Assembly: GCA_963702425.1 (NCBI GenBank) | Contig: CAVPCQ010000037.1 | Span: 160,001 to 224,000 of the forward strand | Reading direction: 5' to 3' | DNA from: an uncultured Acidobacteriota bacterium | GTDB lineage: Bacteria > Acidobacteriota > Polarisedimenticolia > J045 | Length of the DNA: 64,000 nt | Part shown: one piece after another, positions 6,666-16,550 of the stretch | How the letters are laid out: each line of letters begins with the position of its first letter | Position numbering within the stretch: the first letter of the stretch is position 1 | Notes under the pieces: model-generated | The model's input: the letters and a program-made list of their open reading frames with translations, nothing else | What the model was told of the DNA's origin: nothing | Database searches by the model: none | Program-made: the position numbers and the translations under genes

Positions 6666-9557
6666 CACACGACTTGCCGGAACGTACCCTTGGTCGTCCT
6701 CGTCCTCGTCCTCGCAGCGGCCGGCCTGCCGGCTGCCGCCAGTTCGGCCGCCATCACCTCACCCGCGTCCGCGTCCCCGACCGGCGCCGAACTCGCGGTC
6801 GTCACCGCCGTCCGCGAGCTCGTCTTCGCGAACGGCGCCCGGGCGTTGCTCGTGCCGCGAGCCGGGAGCGGGTCGGTGCTCGTGGCGGTCTCCGTCGGCG
6901 CCGGGGCCCAGGACGAGCCGGCCGACCGGATCGGCATGTCGCACTTCCTCGAGCACCTGCTGTTCGACGGCTTCGACGGGATGGACGAGCGCGGCGTGAC
7001 CGAGGCGTTCGAAGCGCTCTCCTCGTACGTCAACGCGTTCACGCGCGACCAGGCGACGGTCTACTTCGCGCTCACGCCGCGCGAGGAGGCCGCGCGCGCC
7101 GCCGCGCTGCTGGCCGGGATGCTCACGCGCTCCACGATCCCGGAGGCCGCCTTCGAGAAGGAGCGGAAGGTGATCCTCGAGGAACTCGCGCGCGAGGCGG
7201 CGCAGCCCTCCATGGTGCGCGAGCAGGCGGCGCGCGCCGCGCTGTGGCAGGACAGCCCTTGGGCCCGCTCGGCGGGGGGCACGCCCGAGACCGTCGGCGC
7301 GGCGACGCGCGACGAGGTCGTTTCGTTCTGGAAGCGCCACTACGTCCCCGGGGCGATGCGCATCCTCGCGATCGGCGACGCGGACCCGGCGACACTCGCC
7401 GCGATCCTGGCGCCGCTCGAAGCGCTGCCGCCCCCCGCGGCGCCCGGCGCGCGCCCGGCGCCGCCGCGCCCCGGGCCCGCGCGCCCGTCGCCCCGCAACT
7501 TCCCGCACTGGGCGACCTGGGTCGCTACGCCCGCGGGGGAGGAACCGCCGCAGCTGACGGTCGCCCTGGTGCCGCCCGCGGGGGTCGCGGGCGGACCCGC
7601 ACTCGACGTGCTGGCCGAGTGGCTGGGCGACGACGGCGGCCCGGTGTCGAAGGCACTCGTCGGTCACGGCGCGACCGAGGTCTCCGCCGGCCGGCTGCCC
7701 CGCCGGCCCGACGACGTGATCGAGATCACCGTCACCGCCGCGGAGGGCCAGGATCCGCAGGAGCTGCTCGCCCGCGCACTCGGCGTGCTCGAGGCCGCGC
7801 GCAGCGGACCGCTCGACGCCGAGGCGACGCGCCTGGCGCGGGCGTGGCTCTCCGAGCGCGCGCTCTCGCGCCAGCGCCTGCACTACACCGCGGTCCTGGA
7901 CGGTGAAGCGCTCGCCGCCGCCGATTCGCTGCAGGCGGCGATCGATCCGCGGGCGCCCACTGCAGCCGAGCTGCGCGCACTGGCTGCCGCGATCCTGACC
8001 GGCCTCGCGCCGCGCGCGCGCGCGGTCTGGTCGGGGCCGGGTGGGCCCGCGTCGCGCGTCGCGCTCCCGGCGCCGGTCGCGGCCGCGCCCGGGTCGGCGT
8101 CGAAGATCGCTGCCGGACCGCGCGGCAGCCGCGTGGCGACCCTTCCGAACGGACTCGTCCTCGGGGTGCTCGAGGAGCCGGGCAGCCCGGTCTTCGGGAT
8201 CCACCTGCTCGTGGCCGACCGCAATGCGCGCGAGCCGGCGGGCCAGGACGGCGCCGCCGACCTCGCGCACCGCCTGCTCGGGGAGGGTAGCCAGCTGAGT
8301 CCCGGAGAGAGCTTCGAGCGTCGCCTGCAGCGCGCCGGGATCGATCTCACCCCGGCCGACAACCCGATGATCCCGATGGACGATCGTTACCACGTGCCGG
8401 CCTGGTCCTACGTGCGGGAGGAGGGGCCGGCGGACGAGTTGGACGCGGCGCTCGAGTTGCTGGCCGAGATGCTGCGCCAGCCGCAGTGGAACACCGCGGC
8501 GTGGGAGGCCGCGCTGTCCGCTCACCGCCAGTCGCGGCGCGCGGGCGGGCAGGGGAGCGCGCGCCTCGACGCGGCCCTCCGGGCGCGGCTGCTCGGCCCC
8601 GATCACCCGTTGGCGCGGCCGGCGTCCGGGAGGCCCGACGCCCCCCCCCCGACCGAGGACCAGGTCCGTGCGTTCTGGGGGACCGGAACGGACGGCTACT
8701 TCGCGCCGGCCGCGCTGGTGCTGACGGTGGCGTCGCCCTGGGACGCGGCGACGGTCGTCGAGCGGGTCCTGGAGCTGCTCGGGACCGGTCCGGGCGCTGC
8801 CCCCGCCCGCGTTGCCTACCCCGACCCGAGCCCACGTGATACGCCTCCCGCAGCCGCGGCCGTGTCGGCCCCCCCGGCGCCACCCTCTGCGGCGTCCGGC
8901 GCCCCGGCGGCCCCCCCTGGAATGGCGGACCCTTCGTCGAAAGGGATGCCTTCCGGGATGCCTCCCGGGATGCCTCCGGGAATGCCCCCCACGATGCCCC
9001 CCACGATGCCGCCCGGGATGCCTGCCGGCGCCGGCGGCACGGGCCCCGGGGGGCCGCCCCCGCAGCTCGGCCTGGCCTGGGGGCGCGTGGTCGGAGTGCC
9101 CCCGGCGGATCGCGCCGCGCTGCTCGTCGCGGTCTCCGCGCTCGAGGACCGGATGACGGCGGAGTTGCGCGAGAAGCAGGGGCTGCTCTACCGCCATGAC
9201 GCGGGGGTTCGCGCGTTGCCGCGCGGCGAGTGGCTGATCTCGGCGTCGTTCTCGACGCGCCCCGAGAACGAGGCCCAGGCGATCGCCGCGTTCGAGTCGC
9301 TGCTCACCGGTCTCGCTGCGCAGCCGCTGCCTGCCGCCGATCTCGAGCGCATGCTGGCCCGCGCGCGGCGGCGCGCGATGCTCGACGGGCAGTCGGCCGT
9401 CTCGCGGGCCTACACCCTGGGGCGCCAGATCTACGAGGGGGACGCGTCGCCGCTCGGGATCACGCTGGCCGCGCTGGAGCAGGTGACGCCGCAGGCGGTC
9501 CAGGCGGCCGCCGCGGCGTGGCTCGAGCCCTCGCGGATGGCGCGGGTCCAGCAGTGA
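6663..9557 (+). CDS. Secreted M16 (pitrilysin/insulinase-like) zinc protease, fused halves
   Basis: Signal peptide, inverted zincin HFLEH, NAFT, EKERKVILEE. The second half lacks HxxEH. C-terminal LREKQGLLY. Confidence 0.9.
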   Translation: MHTTCRNVPLVVLVLVLAAAGLPAAASSAAITSPASASPTGAELAVVTAVRELVFANGARALLVPRAGSGSVLVAVSVGAGAQDEPADRIGMSHFLEHLLFDGFDGMDERGVTEAFEALSSYVNAFTRDQATVYFALTPREEAARAAALLAGMLTRSTIPEAAFEKERKVILEELAREAAQPSMVREQAARAALWQDSPWARSAGGTPETVGAATRDEVVSFWKRHYVPGAMRILAIGDADPATLAAILAPLEALPPPAAPGARPAPPRPGPARPSPRNFPHWATWVATPAGEEPPQLTVALVPPAGVAGGPALDVLAEWLGDDGGPVSKALVGHGATEVSAGRLPRRPDDVIEITVTAAEGQDPQELLARALGVLEAARSGPLDAEATRLARAWLSERALSRQRLHYTAVLDGEALAAADSLQAAIDPRAPTAAELRALAAAILTGLAPRARAVWSGPGGPASRVALPAPVAAAPGSASKIAAGPRGSRVATLPNGLVLGVLEEPGSPVFGIHLLVADRNAREPAGQDGAADLAHRLLGEGSQLSPGESFERRLQRAGIDLTPADNPMIPMDDRYHVPAWSYVREEGPADELDAALELLAEMLRQPQWNTAAWEAALSAHRQSRRAGGQGSARLDAALRARLLGPDHPLARPASGRPDAPPPTEDQVRAFWGTGTDGYFAPAALVLTVASPWDAATVVERVLELLGTGPGAAPARVAYPDPSPRDTPPAAAAVSAPPAPPSAASGAPAAPPGMADPSSKGMPSGMPPGMPPGMPPTMPPTMPPGMPAGAGGTGPGGPPPQLGLAWGRVVGVPPADRAALLVAVSALEDRMTAELREKQGLLYRHDAGVRALPRGEWLISASFSTRPENEAQAIAAFESLLTGLAAQPLPAADLERMLARARRRAMLDGQSAVSRAYTLGRQIYEGDASPLGITLAALEQVTPQAVQAAAAAWLEPSRMARVQQ
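8943..9026 (+). repeat. In-frame 12-nt tandem repeat encoding (G/T)MPP-type units
   Basis: About 7 copies of GGGATGCCTCCC/ACGATGCCCCCC giving GMPSGMPPGMPPGMPPTMPPTMPPGMPA. Confidence 0.85.
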
Positions 9558-10637
9558 GTGCCGATCGCCGGGGGCGCGCCGCCGCGGTCCACGCCAGCGC
9601 GCCGCTGCGCGTCGATCTCGCCGGGGGCACGCTCGACCTCTGGCCGCTCGGGCTGCTGCAGCCCGGCGGCGCCACCGCGGCGGTCGCGATCTCGTTGCGC
9701 GTCGCCGCGAGCGCCGGGCCGCCGCCGCGGCGCGGGGTGATCGCGCTCACCGCGGTGGACCTCGCGCTCTCCGAGCGGCATCCGGCCGACGCACCGCTCC
9801 GGCGCCGCGGCCGGCTCGAGCTGCTGCAGCGAATCGCCGCTGCGCTCGCCCCGCCCGACGGCGTGACGCTCGTCACCCGCTCACCCGTGTCGCAGGGCTC
9901 CGGCCTCGGCACGTCGTCGGCGCTCGGTGTCGCGGCGGCCGCGGCGCTGCTGCGATACCGCGGACGGCGCGCTTCGCGCGCCGCCGTCGTCGCGCTCGTG
10001 CGCGATCTCGAGGCGCAGGTGCTCGGCATCCCGACCGGGACGCAGGACCACGAGGCGGCCTGGGGGGGCGGGGCGTTCTTCATGCAGCACGCCGCCGGGA
10101 GGCGGGACGCTCTGGCTCCTGCCGCCGTCCGTCCTCGCGGGGCTCGACGAGCGGCTCCTGGTCTTCGATTCCGGCCTCGCGCGCAGCTCCGGTCCGTCGA
10201 ACTGGGACATGTTCCGGCGCCGCGTCGAAGGGGATCGCGCCGCGGTCCGCGCGCTCGCCCAGGTCGCCGACGCCGGAGCGCGGGCCGCGGAGGCGCTCGT
10301 CGCGCACGACTGGCGGGCGCTGGGGCGCGCGATGCGGAAAGACCTCGATGCCCGCCGCGGCTGGTCGCCGCTGGTCCTCACGCCGGCGCTCGAGCGGGCC
10401 TTCGACGCCGCGCGTCGCGCCGGTGCGACGGGGTGGAAGGTGTGCGGCGCGGGCGGCGGCGGCTACGCGATCGCGCTGGTGGAGCCGGCACGCCGCGCGC
10501 GGGTGGCGCGCGCGATCGAGGAGTCGGGGGCCCGCCTCAGCGAGGCGCGGCCGACGGCGCGCGGCCTCGTCGTCGCCCGGTCGCGCGAGCCCCGCCCTGC
10601 GAGGGCTCGATCGACGCGTGTTCCCCCTTTGATCTAG
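9554..10637 (+). CDS. GHMP kinase (HddA/sugar-phosphate kinase-like), frameshift near 10090
   Basis: SAPLRVDLAGGTLD, PVSQGSGLGTSS, GTQD, then in another frame KVCGAGGGG. GTG overlaps the M16 stop (GTGA). Confidence 0.85.
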
Positions 10638-11092
10638 CGCGCCGCGTTGAGCGCGAGCTTCACCTTCTGCTTGCCGGGGGCACAGAAACCGCTCGCCTTG
10701 ACGCAGTAGGTGAAGACCAGCGTGCCCTCGAGCACTGCCGACCCGGCGCGAGACGGCGTCACGCGCAGTTCGAGCGGATCGATCTTCTTGAAGGCGAACT
10801 CGGCGGGGTCCTCGATCGGCGTCGTCGTCCCGACGAACGCCTCGGGCTTCTCCAGGGCCACGCCCCCGGTCTTTTCGATCGTCAGCGTGATCCCGGGGTA
10901 CCGGTTGAGGGTGATCCCTGCGGGGGGCTGGACCGTGACCCGGACGACCCCGGCCTGCCCGGCCTCGAGCGGGTCGGGGGCCTGCGCGACGGTGAGCGTC
11001 ATCTCGGGCGCGGGCCCCGGCTTCAGGGCCAGGGCGGCCTGCGGGGCGAGTGCAGCGGCGAGCGCGGCGGCGGCGGCGGCGGTACGGCGCAT
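10634..11092 (-). CDS. Secreted protein resembling the DsbD N-terminal Ig-like domain
   Basis: Signal peptide, beta-rich body, C-terminal YCVKASGFC cysteine pair. Confidence 0.6.
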   Translation of the reverse strand: MRRTAAAAAALAAALAPQAALALKPGPAPEMTLTVAQAPDPLEAGQAGVVRVTVQPPAGITLNRYPGITLTIEKTGGVALEKPEAFVGTTTPIEDPAEFAFKKIDPLELRVTPSRAGSAVLEGTLVFTYCVKASGFCAPGKQKVKLALNAAR

Positions 11093-11230
11093 CGTGGTCT
11101 CCTGGGGCATGATACGGGGCGGTCGCGGAGATCGCCCGAGGTTCGCCATTCTGCTGGACGGCGGGCCGGATCGAGCGTATCAGGTGAGAGGTTCTGCCGT
11201 GCACCCGCCGCACCGTCCGGGAGGGACCCG

Positions 11231-11869
11231 ATGACTGCTTGGCCGAAGGCCGATCCGAGAACCCTGGTGGGCGCGATCTCCGCCCTCGGCCTGGCTCTGT
11301 TCCTGGCCGGCGGGATCGAGGCCCGGGCCGACGAGACGATCCGGTTCAAGAACGGCCATTCGCTCACGGTCCGGTCGTCCAGCGTCGAGGGCGAGACGGT
11401 GCGCGTCGTGCTGGCCAACGGGAGCGAGGCGAGCTTCCCGGCGTCGATCGTCAAGCTGACCGAGACCGGCGTCGTCGCCGCGCCAGCGTCGGCCCCGAAC
11501 GTCGCGAGCGGCTTTGCCGGGCGCGGCCCGCGCGGGGCGGACCTGCTCGGAAGCCGCCGGGCCGACGCCATGGCCGCCATGGCAAAGGCCGGCGGGTCCT
11601 CATCCAAGCGGGCCGTCGCGCAGGGATTCCTCAACTCGAACGGCGGCAACTCGCCACAGACCGTTGGTTTCTCGCACTGGGGAAGCACGGCGATCGGTCT
11701 TCCCGCTCCCGGCTCGCAGCGCGCACCGGTCGCCAGTATCGCCAACCGACCCACCGGGCGCGGCGGCTCCACCAACGGGACGCAGGGGCCGGGCGGGACG
11801 CCTGCGTCCTCCGGGATTCCCGACGGGGAGGTGGTGAATCCCTCCGACCGCACGCACGGCCACAACTGA
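11231..11869 (+). CDS. Hypothetical secreted protein
   Basis: GAGGG then ATG, signal peptide ending ARA, ETIRFKNGHSLTV beta motif, low-complexity tail. Confidence 0.65.
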   Translation: MTAWPKADPRTLVGAISALGLALFLAGGIEARADETIRFKNGHSLTVRSSSVEGETVRVVLANGSEASFPASIVKLTETGVVAAPASAPNVASGFAGRGPRGADLLGSRRADAMAAMAKAGGSSSKRAVAQGFLNSNGGNSPQTVGFSHWGSTAIGLPAPGSQRAPVASIANRPTGRGGSTNGTQGPGGTPASSGIPDGEVVNPSDRTHGHN

Positions 11870-11872
11870 CGC

Positions 11873-12445
11873 GTGCCGTTGATCGTCGGGCTCACCGGGC
11901 CGAACGCCGCCGGAAAAGGGGAAGCTGCACGCTGGCTGGCGGAGCGCGGTTTCGTCGTCCACTCCCTGTCGGACATCGTGCGCGAGCGGGCCCTGGCGCA
12001 GGGCCGTGATCTCGGGCGCGCGAGCCTGATCGAGACCGGCCAGGAAATGCGGCGCGAGGGGGGGCCGGGGGTTCTCGCCCGACTGCTCGTCCCGCGGCTT
12101 TTCGATCGCGCCGTGGTGGACTCGATCCGCCACCCGGCCGAGGTCGAGGAGCTGCGCCGATTGCCGGGGTTCCGGCTGCTGGGGGTCGACGCGCCGGCCG
12201 AGATCCGGTGGCGGCGGGCGGTCGCCCGCGGGCGGGAAGGGGATGTCCCCGACTTCGAGACGTTCGCCGCCCGGGAGCGGCTCGAGAACGGCACCTCGCC
12301 CGAGCAGCAACAGCTTTCCCGGGCGCTCGCGCTCGCGGACCGGGTGGTTGCCAACGATGGAAGCCTCGAGCAGTTCCGCGACGCCGTGCTGGCCATCCTG
12401 GCGGCCTGGGAGGCCGAAAGCGGTTCGCCGACCGGGGACCGCTGA
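11873..12445 (+). CDS. P-loop nucleoside/nucleotide kinase (dephospho-CoA kinase-like, UPF0200-type)
   Basis: IVGLTGPNAAGKG Walker A, SLSDIVRE, VVDSIRHPAE, ADRVVANDGSLE. Confidence 0.8.
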   Translation: MPLIVGLTGPNAAGKGEAARWLAERGFVVHSLSDIVRERALAQGRDLGRASLIETGQEMRREGGPGVLARLLVPRLFDRAVVDSIRHPAEVEELRRLPGFRLLGVDAPAEIRWRRAVARGREGDVPDFETFAARERLENGTSPEQQQLSRALALADRVVANDGSLEQFRDAVLAILAAWEAESGSPTGDR

Positions 12446-12500
12446 TTGACGCCGCGGGACCCCCCACCTAGAATCCGATAACTCCGCGTCAAAGCACGAT

Positions 12501-13019
12501 TTGGCGCGTCGAGCGCCGGAGGGCCGCGTGAGGGTCGAACGGAAGAAGCTCTCGCTCCTGCAGCAGACCTACCTGCCGCAGATCGCCGCGGGCCTCGCCA
12601 CGACGCTGGGCAACACGCTTCCCCGGGAGCGGGTCACCAGCCAGTACCCGGAGGCGCCGACGCCGATCCCGCCGGGCTACCGCGGCGTTCCGGCGCTGGT
12701 CCGCGACGAGAGCGGCCGGATCAAGTGCGTGGCCTGCCAGCTCTGCGAGTTCGTCTGTCCGCCGGAGGCGATCAAGATCGTCGCCGCCGAGTACCCGGGC
12801 AGCAACGTCGAGAAATACCCCGCGCGGTTCGACCTCAACATGCTGCGCTGCATCTACTGCGGGATGTGCGAGGAGGCGTGTCCGGAGGAGGCGATCTTCC
12901 TCTCCGACGTGGCCACCTTCGTCGTCGCGTCGCGCGACGAGGCGGTCCTCCCCAAAGAGAAGCTGCTGGAGATCGGCGGCGTCCGGCCCATGAAGATCCG
13001 CAAGTGGGCCAGCAAGTAA
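12501..13019 (+). CDS. nuoI: NADH-quinone oxidoreductase subunit I (stand-alone)
   Basis: T-x-QYPE, YRG-x-P, two 4Fe-4S motifs CVACQLCEFVCP and CIYCGMCEEACP, FDLNMLRC. Confidence 0.9.
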   Translation: MARRAPEGRVRVERKKLSLLQQTYLPQIAAGLATTLGNTLPRERVTSQYPEAPTPIPPGYRGVPALVRDESGRIKCVACQLCEFVCPPEAIKIVAAEYPGSNVEKYPARFDLNMLRCIYCGMCEEACPEEAIFLSDVATFVVASRDEAVLPKEKLLEIGGVRPMKIRKWASK

Positions 13020-14980
13020 TGGAGCACGTGCTCGACGACAGCCGGGGCAAGGGTCGTGCGGTCTCGCGGGACGGCGCCGGCCCGCACGTCCGTTTGTCCT
13101 CGATCGATGATCCTTCCGACCTGCGCGCGCTGTCGCTCGATGACCTGCGCGACCTGGCCGAACAGATCCGCGAGTTCCTGGTCGATGTGGCCGCGACCAA
13201 GGGCGGGCACTTCGCGTCGTCGCTCGGCACGGTCGAGCTGACGCTGGCGCTGCACTACGTCTTCAACACGCCGCACGACCTCCTGGTCTGGGACGTCGGC
13301 CACCAGGGCTACGTCCACAAGATCCTCACGGGGCGGCGCGACCGGCTGCCGACGATCCGCCAGGACGACGGCCTTTCGGGCTTCCTCAAGCGCGACGAGA
13401 GCCCCTACGACAGCTTCGGTGCCGGCCACGCCTCGACCGCCGCCTCGGCCGCGCTCGGGATGGCGGTCGCCCGCGAGCTGAAGCACGAGCAGCGCAAGGT
13501 GATCGCGGTCGTCGGCGACGGTGCGATGACCGGAGGCCTCGCCTTCGAGGCGCTCAACAACGCGGGCGCGCTCGGGAAGGATCTGCTGGTCGTTCTCAAC
13601 GACAACGCGATGTCGATCTCGCCGAACGTGGGGGCTGTGGCGCACTACCTGACCTCGCTCACGACCCACCCCTACTACCGGAAGATGAAGGAGGAGATCT
13701 ACACCGTGCTGGCGCGGCTGCCGCGCGTCGGCGGTCCGGTGCGCGAGCTGGCGCAGCGGCTCGAGCTGGGCGTGAAGAGCGCGCTGGTTCCGGGGGCGTT
13801 CTTCCAGGCGCTGGGGTTCCAGTACCTCGGGCCGATCGACGGCCACGACCTCGACGAGCTGGTGCCGACGCTCGAGCGGATCCGGGACCTGCAGAAGGGC
13901 CCCGTCCTGCTGCACGTGATGACCCACAAGGGGAAGGGGTTCAAGCTGGCCGAGGCCGATCCGCTGACCTGGCACGGCGTGACCCCCTTCGATCCGACGA
14001 CCGGCAGGACGATTGCGGCACCGGCGCCTCCGGCCCCCGGTCCGGCCTACACGAGGGCCTTCTCGGACGCGCTGATCGACCTCGCCCGGCGCCACACGGA
14101 CGTCGTGGCGCTGACAGCCGCGATGGCCCCGGGGACCGGGCTCGACGCCTTCGCGCAGCAGTTTCCGGACCGCACCTTCGACGTCGGAATCGCCGAGGGG
14201 CACGGCGTGACCTTCGCCGCGGGACTGGCCACGCAGGGCATGCGGCCCGTCTGCGCGATCTACTCGACCTTCCTGCAGCGGGCCTTCGATCACGTGGTGC
14301 ACGACGTCGCGCTGCAGCACCTGCCGGTCGTCTTCGCGATCGACCGCGGCGGGCTCGTCGGCGCCGACGGCCCGACCCACCACGGTGTGCTGGACATCGC
14401 CTACATGCGCATGGTGCCGGGGATGGTCGTCAGCGCGCCGAAGGACGCCGACGAGCTGGCCGACCTGCTCGAGACCGCGCACGCGCACGCGGGCGGGCCG
14501 TTCGCGATCCGTTACCCGCGCGACAGCTCTCCGACCCCCCGCACGCGCGAGCCGCGCGTGCTGCCGATCGGGTCCTGGGAGCTGCTGCGGGAGGACGGTT
14601 GGGACGTGGTGCTGCTGGCCGTCGGATCGATGGTCGGCACCGCACGGAAAGTGGCCGACGGCCTCGCCGCCAAGGGATACGGCGTGGCCGTCGTCAACGC
14701 GCGCTTCGTCAAGCCGCTCGACTCCGCGATGCTGCGCACGATCGCGGCGAAGGCCCGGCTGGTGGCCACGCTGGAGGAGGGGACCCTCTGCGGCGGCTTC
14801 GGAAGCGCGGTGCACGAGGCGAGCGTCGAGGAGGGGCTCGATCTCTCCGCGCGGCTCGCTCATTTCGGACTGCCGGACCGGTTCCTGACGCACGGCAGCC
14901 GGGGGCGGTTGCTCGAGCATGCGGGGCTTTCGGCGCCGCAGGTGCTCGAGGCCGTCCTGGCTCGGCTGGCGCGCGGGTAG
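13019..14980 (+). CDS. dxs: 1-deoxy-D-xylulose-5-phosphate synthase
   Basis: GGHFASSLG, WDVGHQ, GDGAMTGG, YLGPIDGH, DVGIAE, YSTFLQR, DRGGLVGADGPTH. ATG overlaps the nuoI stop (TAATG). Confidence 0.97.
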   Translation: MEHVLDDSRGKGRAVSRDGAGPHVRLSSIDDPSDLRALSLDDLRDLAEQIREFLVDVAATKGGHFASSLGTVELTLALHYVFNTPHDLLVWDVGHQGYVHKILTGRRDRLPTIRQDDGLSGFLKRDESPYDSFGAGHASTAASAALGMAVARELKHEQRKVIAVVGDGAMTGGLAFEALNNAGALGKDLLVVLNDNAMSISPNVGAVAHYLTSLTTHPYYRKMKEEIYTVLARLPRVGGPVRELAQRLELGVKSALVPGAFFQALGFQYLGPIDGHDLDELVPTLERIRDLQKGPVLLHVMTHKGKGFKLAEADPLTWHGVTPFDPTTGRTIAAPAPPAPGPAYTRAFSDALIDLARRHTDVVALTAAMAPGTGLDAFAQQFPDRTFDVGIAEGHGVTFAAGLATQGMRPVCAIYSTFLQRAFDHVVHDVALQHLPVVFAIDRGGLVGADGPTHHGVLDIAYMRMVPGMVVSAPKDADELADLLETAHAHAGGPFAIRYPRDSSPTPRTREPRVLPIGSWELLREDGWDVVLLAVGSMVGTARKVADGLAAKGYGVAVVNARFVKPLDSAMLRTIAAKARLVATLEEGTLCGGFGSAVHEASVEEGLDLSARLAHFGLPDRFLTHGSRGRLLEHAGLSAPQVLEAVLARLARG

Positions 14981-15044
14981 CGGGACCCGTCCGGCCTCGG
15001 CAACGCACGGGGGATCGGGCGACCGATCCCGGGGAGCAGTTCAG

Positions 15045-16535
15045 ATGAAGGCCCGAATGGAAGTCAGCGGGCGCGATCTGTTCGAGATCGCGGCCGACGC
15101 CCACGTGTTGTTCATTTTCGAGGGGGACGCGCCGGCCGCCTCCGTGGCGCGCGGCCTGGCCGGCGCGGTCCGGACCGAAGCCGAGCGCAAGCGCTTCAAG
15201 GGCGCCAAGGGCGAGATCCTCGAGGTTCCGCTGCCGCCCCGGCCCGGCACCGCGCAGGTGCTGCTCGCCGTCGGGCTGGGCAAGCGCGAGGAAATCGGCC
15301 CCGAGCGCACTCGCCTCGCCGCGGCGGCCGCGGCGCGACGGGCGCAGGCGCTGCGCGCCCGCCGGGTCGCACTCGCGCTGCCGCAGGCGCCGGCCGGGCT
15401 GCTCGGCCCGCGCGAGGTCGCCCGGGCGATCATGGAAGGTGCGCTGGTCGGGACCTACCGCTTCGAGCGCTACCTCACCGATCCGGCGCGAAAGGCGGCG
15501 CCGGTCGAGCGCTTCCTGCTCGCGGCGGGTCCGGCGGCGGCGGTCGCGCGCGCGGTGCTCCCGACTGCGGAGGCGATCGCGGCCGCGGCGGAGCTGGCGC
15601 GCGACCTGGTCAACGCGCCCGCGGCGGCGCTCACGCCGGCGGTCTTCGCGCGCGAGGCGCTGCGGGTGGCGCGGCGGGCCCGGCTGCGGGTCGCCGTGCT
15701 CGGCCCGCGGGAGCTCAAGCGCGAGCGGATGGGGGCCCTGCTCGCGGTCGCGCAGGGGAGCGAGCAACCGTCGCGCCTGGTCCACCTCGTCTACAAGCCG
15801 CGGCGCGCCAAGGCCAAGCTTGCGCTGGTGGGCAAGGGGGTGACGTTCGACTCCGGCGGATACGACCTCAAGACGGCCGACGGGATGCTCGACATGAAGT
15901 CCGACATGTCGGGTGCGGCGGCCGTGCTGGCCGCCGTCGTGGCACTGGCGCGGCTGGGCGCCCCGGTCGAGGTGCACGGTGTGATGGGCCTGGTGGAAAA
16001 CATGGTCTCCGGCCGCGCTTACCGGCCGGGCGACGTGCTGACCACGCGCCGCGGCAAGACGATCGAGGTCAACAACACCGACGCCGAGGGGCGGCTGGTG
16101 CTCGCCGACGTGCTCGACTACGTCAGGACTCAGATCAAGCCCGACGCGATCGTCGACGTCGCGACCTTGACTGGGGCCTGCGTGGTCGCGCTGGGGCCGA
16201 TGGCGTCGGGAGTGATGGGCAACGACCAGGCGCTGATCGATCGGGTCCTCGCGGCCGCTCGTGCGGCCGGCGAGAAGATGTGGCCGTTGCCGCTGTACGA
16301 CGAGTACATCGACCAGCTCAAGAGCGACGTTGCGGACCTCAAGAACACCGGCGGGCGCTGGGGTGGTGCCCTCACCGCGGGACTGTTCCTGCGCGAGTTC
16401 GTCGACCGGACCCAGCCCTGGGTGCACCTCGATATCGCCGGCCCGGCGTTCGCGAACACCGACCACCCGTACTGGGGCAAGGGCGGAACGGGCGCCGCGG
16501 CGGCGACACTGATCGAGCTCGGCCTGTCCTGGTAG
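15045..16535 (+). CDS. pepA: Leucyl aminopeptidase (M17)
   Basis: VGKGVTFDSGG, MKSDMSG, NTDAEGRL, DVATLTGA, WVHLDIAG. Confidence 0.96.
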   Translation: MKARMEVSGRDLFEIAADAHVLFIFEGDAPAASVARGLAGAVRTEAERKRFKGAKGEILEVPLPPRPGTAQVLLAVGLGKREEIGPERTRLAAAAAARRAQALRARRVALALPQAPAGLLGPREVARAIMEGALVGTYRFERYLTDPARKAAPVERFLLAAGPAAAVARAVLPTAEAIAAAAELARDLVNAPAAALTPAVFAREALRVARRARLRVAVLGPRELKRERMGALLAVAQGSEQPSRLVHLVYKPRRAKAKLALVGKGVTFDSGGYDLKTADGMLDMKSDMSGAAAVLAAVVALARLGAPVEVHGVMGLVENMVSGRAYRPGDVLTTRRGKTIEVNNTDAEGRLVLADVLDYVRTQIKPDAIVDVATLTGACVVALGPMASGVMGNDQALIDRVLAAARAAGEKMWPLPLYDEYIDQLKSDVADLKNTGGRWGGALTAGLFLREFVDRTQPWVHLDIAGPAFANTDHPYWGKGGTGAAAATLIELGLSW

Positions 16536-16550
16536 CGGGGTGCGGCCCCG

